A DNA stretch of 63,751 nucleotides, the filler included, from Octopus bimaculoides (lineage: Eukaryota), in the NCBI RefSeq assembly GCF_001194135.2. It is 9 parts of 8 records of this genome, joined end to end, with 100 filler letters (N's around TTAATTAATTAA, not from the genome) between each part and the next. Parts side by side here need not be neighbours in the genome. Positions count along the whole stretch, not along the records: positions 50,779 to 56,335 come from NC_068981.1; positions 56,436 to 61,868 come from NC_068984.1; positions 61,969 to 63,751 come from NC_068981.1; 6 more parts are not named here. One strand, given 5' to 3'. This document shows positions 54,814 to 63,751 of this stretch, piece by piece. The position numbers and the translations under genes were made by a program. Under the pieces are notes generated by a model. It saw nothing but the letters and a program-made list of their open reading frames with translations, was not told the DNA's origin and did no database searches. The number at the start of each line of letters is the position of its first letter. Position 1 is the first letter of the stretch.

Positions 54814-56336
54814 TTTCTTCTTGTAGACATCTTCATCTATCTGGTTTCCCTTTATTTTCTGTGGGTGGTCCCACTGGTGTCATTGCCTTGGTGTCGCACA
54901 CTTTGACGAAAAGCCCATCTCATAGCCGGGGCGACACCACTTTCTGTAAAACAATAAAAACAACTAAAATAACATGTATATTACTGTCACTTGCAAACGG
55001 GTCGCTTATTGTCTTAGCCGGTGTTTTCTTTTTTTTTTTCTTTTGTCACTATTTTAAGTTTTAGGTCTCTAACAGGTTATTTTCCTAGGTCGTTGACTGG
55101 GTCCTATTTTAAGGAATCCCATGCTGAGAGTTAGTCTCTCAGCATATTGTACGTAGATAACATAGCTGTCCGGCTGAGTAGTCGCCGAAATGATCTGTCA
55201 CGGATGCCCAAGGCGTCCAGTGCCACACTTGCAGGTCAGCACCAGGCACCGATTGTGAGTCCATGCACTTCTACCGGCCGATCAAACTTCTGCAAAAGCA
55301 ATTGAATGAGTGGTCGGTATTTATGCACTTTCTCAAGAGATGCCTACCTCAAGGCATCTCCCTGCTCCAATCGGACAGTCACGTCGATGACTACTACCTT
55401 CTCCGGACAGCTAAATACAAGGTCGGGTATCAGCCTGGAACCTCCTACAATGTAAGAAGCCTCTACACTGACACTCCAACCATGACCTACAGCCTCTTTC
55501 GCCACCAGGCTACATATTTTGTTATGTCTGGCGAGCCGTGGTCCTTTAAGAGCACCACAAACTCCACTGATATGGGAAATAGTCTCTGCCCCTACTCTAC
55601 ATCTTGGACACGTGGAGTCCCCTCGGGGCCCACGCGTCAGAGTTTCACGGGTAGGATATACGTTGGAGTTCATCTTGAGTAATCCCGAGTAGCACCCCTC
55701 AGCGATCCTACCCGGCCTACTGATCCAACTATTGCCGATTGCATCTCCCCGGTACGCCGCCGCACACACACCATGCACCGGCTGAGCCGCCCATCTATGG
55801 GTGTGAATCAGCCGGATATCAGGGTCGTATTCGGTCGCGCCCTCAGGTAACAACGGCAAATTGAAGGAAACTATCAGTTGCTGGTTCTGTTCGGCTAATC
55901 CTGCAGAATCAGCAACTTTCCTAACTGAGACATACCTCGAGGTCAGCAGGCGAAGATTTCGGCGGATGACGCAGTTTGGTATCAGTCTTACCATTTGGTG
56001 AAGACTTGACCCGCCATCACGCCGGCTGCAGTAAAAGAAGGAAGAGGAAGTAGTTTCGGGGAGATGTGATATTTTTCTAGCCCCCACGCGGAAGGCCGTG
56101 TCTAGCCTCTTGAGAATTCCTCTTGACGGCAGTACCTGTACGAGACTATAAAAATGTCTCGGCAGATAAAGTTGCAGCAGCAAGAGGAATTTCTGTCGGG
56201 GTTTCAGCGGAACCCTGCATATCCTATTGATATCCAGTGACACTTGCTCCACTAATATTTGCGCTGCGACCAATGCGGAATGCCGACTGTATCGTCGCGA
56301 CCTGGGGGGCTAACGCGGGTGCGCAGCCCTGGACCN
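54814..56336 (-). mobile_element. R2 non-LTR retrotransposon 3' half (disabled): thumb, CCHC knuckle, restriction-like endonuclease, 3' UTR
   Basis: PLKPRQK, DGG, NVYPTRE, CPRCRVGAETISHISGVC, RHN, PDLV..IDVTV, EKVHKY; one frame 56273-55131 with stops at 55344 and 55236; joined to TAGCC of 28S. Confidence 0.93.
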
Positions 56337-56436
56337 NNNNNNNNNNNNNNNNNNNNNNNNNNNNNNNNNNNNNNNNNNNTTAATTAATTAANNNNNNNNN
56401 NNNNNNNNNNNNNNNNNNNNNNNNNNNNNNNNNNNA

Positions 56437-56491
<55 letters not shown>

Positions 56492-56914
56492 ATTACTGGA
56501 TCACTGTGTCGACCAGACTATCGTATGTTGTTATGCATCGCCGGTCTCGTTGTCCTATTCATATACATACATGTACATATATACACACAGTCATATAATA
56601 TGCATATCGAGTAACTTTGACAACATTCCACCGATATGTACACCATTTATGCTTATTCAATTTCTCCAAATCTGTCAACAGAATCCTGCTTCTGTTGCCA
56701 TTCAACAGAGAGACACCATCGTCAGATTTCATAAACGGCAGACGACAGGAAATACTAGCATGTCACCTACTGAGAAGAGACGCTCTATGAACGAAACCCA
56801 GCGTCTCCATCATGTATCACGAACTACAGAACAGCAAGGACACACCTTGGGATGCAAAACAAAACCCGTCAAAGGGTGTATGAACTCAAACGAATCAACA
56901 ACCATACATTACTG

Positions 56915-57350
56915 TGTATTGCGGCCATGCTGGGGCACCGCCTTAAAGGGTTTTAATCGAAGAAATCAACCCCAGTGCTCCTGTTCCTTTTAAGTCTTGT
57001 ACTAAATTTGTTGGTCTCTCTCTTACGTGAACCGCTAAGTTATGAGGACAAAAACAAACCAACACCACTTGTCAAGTGGTGTGTGTGTGTGTGTGACAAA
57101 TATAGACACACATAGACGAATATATACATATGTGTGTGCCTATGTGTCTGCATGTGTATGTATGTATGTATATGTATATATATATATATATATGGGGCTT
57201 CCATACAATTTCCGTTTATCAAATTCCCTCACAAGGTATTGATTGGCTCAGAGTCATAGTAGAAACTTGCCCAAGGTGTTGCGTAGTGTGACTGAACTTG
57301 AAACGACATGATTGTAAAACGAGCTTCTTCCCTATACAGCTATGTCTGCG
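56915..57350 (-). mobile_element. Composite SINE B/C with internal microsatellite
   Basis: Head, CA/TA tract and tail all present on the minus strand. Confidence 0.8.
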
Positions 57351-57846
57351 TATTCACGACATATTGTACGTGCATTTCCATGTGTATCCAAACGCATTTG
57401 GGTGAAAGAAGATTTCATTAAATTCTGCCTGCAGACTCTCACCGTTTTGCCTTGATTGTTCTCAGATGAATGGCTTCAAACATCTTCAGGCCGAGGCGTC
57501 TGCAGCTCAAATAATTGTCACTATAAGCTTTAACGTGTTGGATCTTTTTCGTGATATTTTTTTTCAAGTATAAGATCCACGCCATTCAACAGCGTTGAAG
57601 GGCATTGGATGGACAGACCAGTTAAATTGCTCGGGTTTAGGTTTGGTTCAGTTCTCTTGGGGAGACAAGAACAAGGAATTTTTGGGAGTGCTTGCTCCTC
57701 CGCTTTCAGTCAATGTAATCGACTTACACCTCCCCTAAAAAACTACTGCCCCTTCTGCCCAAATTTCAAACTATCATTATTGTGTGTGAACCTTATTTAA
57801 TTTTCTACTGCTGTATCTGTTGTGTTAATATCAAGCGTAGCTGGTG

Positions 57847-58205
57847 TAGGCGTGGCTGTGTGATTAAGAAGCTTTCTTCCCAGCCATGTGGTCTTGAGTT
57901 CAGTTCCACTGCGCTCACCTTGCGCGAGTGTTTTCTACTCTAGCCTTGTTTGTGAGTGGATTTGTTAGACGGAAACTGAAAGAAGCCCGTCGTACATCAC
58001 CACCCATCACAAATGTATGTCTTTGCGTTTGCGTTTACTCCCCCGCTACCATTTGACAGCCAGTACAGGTTTGTTTATGTCTCCTTAACTTAGCGGTTCG
58101 GCAAAAGAGATCGTGTGCCAGATTTAAAAAAAAAATGTTCTGGGTCGATTTGTTTGAAGGGAGTGGACAGCATGGTCGCAATCCAATGACTGAAACAAGC
58201 AACAG
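57847..58205 (+). mobile_element. Composite SINE B/C, full copy
   Basis: B head continues into C tail ending TGACTGAAACAAG. Confidence 0.82.
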
Positions 58206-58227
58206 GTCGAAAATACACATGTTTCTT

Positions 58228-58590
58228 CAAGTTTGTACCTTTTACTTGTTTCAGTCATTGGACTGCGGCCATGCTGGAGTACTGATTTGAAGAGTTTTTA
58301 GTCGAGCAAACTGACATCAGGACTTATTTTGTAAGCCTGGTACATATTCTATTGATCTTTGTTGCCGGGGACGTAATCAAACCAGCATTGGTCGTCAAGT
58401 GGTTTCAGTAGGGACAAAGACGCGCATAAAGATACGCGCGCGCGCTGGGCTTCCACGGTGTTTCCGTCTAATATATTGATCGACCCGGGGATATAATAGA
58501 AGACACTTATCTGTGGTGCCGCAGAGTGGGACTGAAACCGAAACGACCTGGTTGCAAAGAGAGCTCCTTACTCTCACAGCTGCATCTTCT
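58228..58590 (-). mobile_element. Composite SINE B/C, inverted relative to 57847
   Basis: Reverse-complement head and tail. Confidence 0.8.
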
Positions 58591-59402
58591 GTTACGAGCA
58601 CGTGCATTATCGCATCTCATTATATTGTTTTATCCTGGTATGCATCGGCGCTGATCTTAAATATTCTACCAAAATAATTTGGTAATTTATTGCCCAGGAA
58701 CGCAGAAGGCGGCGTTGCCCTTAGCTTCTTCGTTGTTAGGATGTCAGAAGTCTGTGATTGTAGAACTATTTTAATACTCTTCCAGTTCTTATTGCCATTT
58801 TCTGGAGTCTTTCAGTGGCATTTCATTCCTTTGTACTTGTATTTCTCTTGCTAGAATCTCCTAATTTAGACGTAGCTACAGAAGGAGAAACACAAAAAAT
58901 GTTTTTACATTCACATCAGGGAATTCAATACATCTTTTTATAGCACGGATAACTTTTAAAAGCCTGAAGTTAATTAGATTAACTCGTTGGGTCCACCTAA
59001 GTTTGTTGTGTATTTCTGTCCCTCAGAAGGGTTGATGGGTGATATGCAGTACTGATATCCCATCTTCTGTCTATTATGTAGCTGCAGTTTATTTCAATGG
59101 AAACTCGTAATATCAATAATATGATTACTGTAGTTAGTAGAGCTATAATATGTTTAATTATCTAAAGCTAGTTTCTTGGATTAGAGGCAGTCAGTTACGC
59201 TGTATAGTTCGCTGTTCAGTCTATTTCAAAACGTATTTGCATTTCAATGGTAGCATAACTGAGGGATGTATTTGTATGGTCTGTGGAGGTTTAGATTAAT
59301 GGATATATGGCCTAAGTATTAATTCTTGGTAGTAACTAGTCATTATATTAACTGTTAGTGATATATCTCTTTTCATCTCCATGTTCTGGTTCATCCTATG
59401 TA

Positions 59403-60105
59403 CGAGGGTGAGTCAAAAAGTAATGCCATTTTGTTTAGGACAGGTATAATTACCAACACAGGAACATGTATCATACATCAAAATGAAGCTGGTCCTCTGT
59501 GGATCACATCCTTACTTCTCAACATAGTCACTGTTTCTCTCAATAGCAATGTTTCACCTTCGAATGAGAGCATGTGTCCCTGCCCTGTAAAATTATTTTG
59601 ACTGTTCTTTGAGCCACTTCTTCACTATAGTTTTCACTTCCTCGTCACTGGAATAGTGTTTGCCTCTCAAACCCTCTTTCGTGGGGCCGAAGAGATGATA
59701 GTCCGATAGGTTTTCTAATAATTCCGTGAAATATTTCCGGGTCCCGCTATTAATATAAATATTCCTTCTACTATATGTACAAGGCCTGAAATTTTGAGGG
59801 GAGGGAGGTTAGTCAATTACATCGACCCAGTACTTGACTGGTACTTTATTTTATTGATCTCGGAAAGAGGAAAAGTCAAGTCGACCTCTGCGGAATTTGA
59901 ACTCAGAACATAAAGAGCCGAAAGAAATGCCGCTAAACATTTTTAACCGATGCGCTAACGATCCTACAAGTTCGCTGCCTCGGCGGTATAACATAATACA
60001 ATATTCATATCAACTGATTAGCAGGATTCCTAATTGAAGTCTCATTAAATCTTCCGTATTTTCTATTTATCGTCTGCCTATCTTTCATTTGTTGATTCAC
60101 CCTCG
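59403..60105 (-). mobile_element. Internally deleted mariner with nested SINE A (59765-59981)
   Basis: TIR CGAGGGTGAGTCAA / TTGATTCACCCTCG, TA on both sides; SDYHLFGPTKEGLRGKHY...NSDYVEK* peptide. Confidence 0.88.
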
Positions 60106-60277
60106 TACAACCAATAATTAATCACTGAGATGTTGTTTTTTGAAATGTAAGACCGTTAGATTTTCCTTTATGTAAATGTTATTGTAGTTTCTTTCTCTTA
60201 AATTTTTCTAGTTTCAAAGAACCTGTTGGTTATTCCTGTAGTTTGTAAAGTGACTATTAACGTTGTTGTTGTTGTTG

Positions 60278-60336
<59 letters not shown>

Positions 60337-61039
60337 TATTTATTTTAATTTTTTTTTTTTTAATGTTTTTCGCTGTTTCATTTTTTCAGTCCAAGGCGTT
60401 GAAATCGGCTGTTATCGCCTGTGTTAATATTACATTTTAATCTTTCGCCAAATCTTTAACAACTTGGTCCGTATTCTCTTCTCTCCTCGCCTAATACCAG
60501 AAAAAGAATTTCTGACGTTTGTCGAGTGCCAAAGAGCGTTCTTAGATTTTTGAAGATCTGCTTTGAGGTGATTCTATTTCGTCATCCATTTTAGATATAA
60601 TTTATTTCTTCTTATCGCCTGTATAATTTATTTCTTCTTATCTTTGTTGCATTTCGTCGAATTTCCTTTCTAATGTTTGTTCTGGAGACTGATATAAACC
60701 CTGTTCTTCGTATCTTGTTGGCGTTCAGTAACTTCAATATTTACACACGGGTTTATAGGGAAATATGAATTAAAGGAATAATGAAATGGAGGGGCAAGTC
60801 ATTGAAGAGGTCGGGAATGGTGACGAAAGGAATTTTTATAAAAATAACTGATTGAATAAAACCAAATGATTATTCAAACAATTTAATAGTTAACTAGTTA
60901 AATAGTCGACCAATTGACGAATATTAAAAAAATAGAATCAGTGAAATAGAAAGGAAATGAAAGAGTATTAACGCAGTATGAATATAAACTGGTACCGCGA
61001 TCGTCGTTTTCCATTGGGATTTGATAAAAAGACAGTAAT

Positions 61040-61230
61040 AAATGAATCTTCTCCATGCATTTTGTAAATGGAACGAATGATGGATATTTTGACACCAAAT
61101 TCGTGGCCCACTGCAGCGAAGCTTCCACGTATTTTTTTTGATCACTTCTATCCATTTCTGCCGTTTATTTTCGCCGTTTGTTAGGATCAGGCGCCTGTTT
61201 TTTTTTGTGCTCATTTGTCCCACATTCATG
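61040..61230 (-). mobile_element. Possible pogo/Tigger-type N-terminal HTH remnant
   Basis: Frameshifted KKNRRLILT...IEVIKK / GSFAAVGHEFGVKISIIRSIYK. Confidence 0.35.
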
Positions 61231-61468
61231 GGTTCGAGTACATAAATCCGTATAAAAGCAAATACGCAACCTCGCAGCACGGTCATGTGATCACAGCAAT
61301 AATCAGTACATTCTGGGTCACCGATCCTTCTGAGTGATCGATGGGGAAAGCATTTGCTGTTTAAGCAGAAGCTTTGACTGATCACTGTACCATATTAGGC
61401 CGGATCAGCGGTGAATGAATCAGCGATAAACAAAGCTACATGTAATATAGTCAAAGGAAACATTATAT

Positions 61469-61630
61469 AGGAGTGGCTGTGTGCTAAGTACCTTGCTTAC
61501 GAACCACATAGTTCCGGGTTCAGTCCCACTACGTGGCACGTTGGGCAAGTGTCTTCTACTGTAGCCTCGGGCCGACCAAAGCCTTGTGAGTGGATTTGGT
61601 AGACGGAAACTGGCAGAAACCTGTCGTATA
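61469..61630 (+). mobile_element. SINE family B head (well preserved)
   Basis: Near-consensus copy. Confidence 0.88.
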
Positions 61631-62026
61631 TATATATATATATATATATTATTAAAAAGAGTTCCAACTCTGTCTGTTTTTTATGTTTTATTTATATTCT
61701 TATAAAATTAATGTGGGATATAGAATATGGAATATACGATATAATATAAATGGTAAAATGAAAAATGAAATGAAGTGTTGAATGTCTTATTGAATATATG
61801 AAATATTGAGTATTAAATATAGAGAATCAAATATATAAAGAAAATCAAATATATAAAGGCGAGTACGTNNNNNNNNNNNNNNNNNNNNNNNNNNNNNNNN
61901 NNNNNNNNNNNNTTAATTAATTAANNNNNNNNNNNNNNNNNNNNNNNNNNNNNNNNNNNNNNNNNNNNCTTCTTCTCCTTCTTCTTCTTCTTCTTGTTCC
62001 TATTATTATTATTATTATTATTATTA

Positions 62027-62061
<35 letters not shown>

Positions 62062-63451
62062 TGTAAGGTAGTATGATTTCTTGTTTGTATTTGTCAGCTT
62101 ACTAAAATACTAAAAACAGTTTTTATGCTTGTTTTGCTCGTGTTTTGTGGCTATATGAATTAGTGTTCCTTGCTTCTGAAGTAGGCATTCTTGCAGTCCT
62201 ATGGTGGTTATTATATAATAGTTTCCTACTTGTATAAGGCCTCTATGTCCTTTTATACGTTGTATACATAGACTTTCTATGTCAGATTTGGGTGGTGCAT
62301 ACTAGATCCTGTCATTCTTTTTCTTGTTTTCCTGTCTATTTTGGTTAGTTCTATTTAGTGTCCAGTTAAGGATAATGTAGCTGTAACTTATAACTGGGAC
62401 GGCTAAAGTGTTAATACCTATTATCTTGTTTTTAGCAATGAGCTCTGTTTTCAGTATTGATCTAACTCGTCTATAGAATTCTTTCTTTATTTTCTCTTTC
62501 ATTTGTGTGTTCTATCATATCCAGTGCATTGATTCCTAAATATTTGTATGTCTGGCTTTGGTCTAATTCTCCTATTTCATTGGCTTTTTCTAGTGCGATG
62601 TTGCTACTCCTAACTAGTTTTTCTCTCATCAGGGTTGCTTTGGCACATTTTTCTAATCCAAATTTCATATTTATTTATTTGATAAATTCATGTACTGCCT
62701 GTAGTAGTCTTTCCAGTTGTTTATCATTTGTAGCGTATAGTTTGAGGTCATCCATATATAAAAGATGGCTTATTGTTTTGCCGCATCCAGTTCTATTTAG
62801 CATGTTAGGTAAAGGTGTCAGTGCCAAGCAAAAAAGGAGTGGAGAGAGCGTGTCTCCTTGGAATATTCCTGTTCTAATGGGGATGGCTTTCGTTTTTACA
62901 AGTCCCTCTTTTGTTTGGAACTGTAGCACTGTCTGCCATTTATTCATAGAGTTTCTTACGTATTATTTAATTATTGGTGCTACCTTGCTTATGGCTAGGA
63001 TTTCGACGATCCACTTGTGGGGAACACTATGAAAAGCCTTTCGGTAGTCGATCCAGGCCATACTGAGGCCTTTCTTCTTTCTGCGGCTGTCTTCAGTTAT
63101 GGATTTATTGATCATTAATTGATCTTTACAGCCGTATGAGCCCTTGCAGCATCCCTTCTGCTCTTCTGGAAACAGGTTGTTTTCTTTCAGGTGCTTGCTC
63201 AATCTCTGTGATATTATTGCAGCAAAGGCTTTGTAGATTATATGAAGACAGGTTATAGGTCTTTACTTTTGTGATTTTGCCGTCTCTGTGGATTTCAGAA
63301 TTAGGATAGTTTCCCTTTCGTGAGCCATTAAGGTGTTGTCTCTGGGTCTGCTAGTATGCCGTTAAAGTTTACAGTCAGCTTTTTGTGTATTCCTGTCAGA
63401 TATTTTAACCAAAAGTTGGGAATCTTGTCGTGCCCAGGTGCCTTCTAGTTG
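62062..63451 (-). mobile_element. Dong/R4-clade non-LTR retrotransposon RT fragment, flanked by (TAA)n
   Basis: WKAPGHDKI, RPITCL, EQKG, AWIDYRKAFHSVPH, GIFQGDTLSPLLF, YMDDLKLY, KFGLEKC, YKYLG; stops and frameshifts. Confidence 0.9.
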
Positions 63452-63475
63452 ATTATTATTATTATTATTATTATT

Positions 63476-63751
63476 CAGTAGTTTTATTTTTATAACGTGC
63501 TTTCACTTCACTACCGAGCGCAGCTCTGTGCGCCTTGGGTATGTGCTGTGGTTTGCTGTGGTGCTCTTATGTTTACTGTATTGAAAGTGTTTTGCGTAGA
63601 ATGTGTGCAGTACCCAGTAGTGCAATTTTCTGTATGTTATATATATTTGTAAGTCCTGGTGTTTTTGTTATGTATTTGTCTGAATATTTTTTAATTATAC
63701 CTAAGGCACCTACTATGATAGGAATTGTTTCTGTTTTTAGATTCCACATTC
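63476..63751 (-). mobile_element. 3' end of a second Dong/R4-type element (endonuclease C-terminus, 3' UTR, TAA tail at 63452-63475)
   Basis: MWNLKTETIPIIVGALGII...IQKIALLGTAHILRKTLSIQ* (63749-63573). Confidence 0.85.

Noticed and set aside
56770-56810. CTGAGAAGAGACGCT...CGAAAC...AGCGTCTC hammerhead-like motif
   Set aside because: Core is non-canonical and the 8-bp stem encloses GAAA, which is incompatible with the fold
62505-63032. 175-aa plus-strand ORF
   Set aside because: Antisense shadow of the Dong/R4 RT

Overview
Repeat-dense animal genomic scaffold, most likely from an octopus or another coleoid cephalopod. This is an inference from the [16 protein letters not shown]-type zinc-finger array, the SINE families and the very high microsatellite load. 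The window has many N gaps, and eight 100-bp joins carry an artificial TTAATTAATTAA linker. Only one host protein-coding gene is well supported: a C2H2 zinc-finger array (16954-19404, +, at least 27 visible fingers). The rest is SINEs, MITEs, mariner/Tc1 remnants, Penelope, RTE and Dong/R4 fragments, and microsatellites. Main observations: (1) a dead R2 retrotransposon (CCHC knuckle plus restriction-like endonuclease, 3' UTR with hairpins) joined at the canonical R2 site to a 188-bp orphan 28S rDNA fragment outside any rDNA array; (2) a 299-bp, ~95% identical inverted copy of fingers 8-11 about 1.35 kb upstream of the zinc-finger ORF, probably intronic, with 7 of 12 substitutions in DNA-contact codons, making it a candidate ADAR editing-complementary sequence and/or gene-conversion donor; (3) a MITE family with 8-bp target duplications carrying TTAGGG arrays; (4) Dong/R4-type elements repeatedly inserted into (TAA)n; (5) several long palindromes and an NRF1/ETS/YY1-like promoter cassette. 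No database searches were run; family names come from motif recognition.
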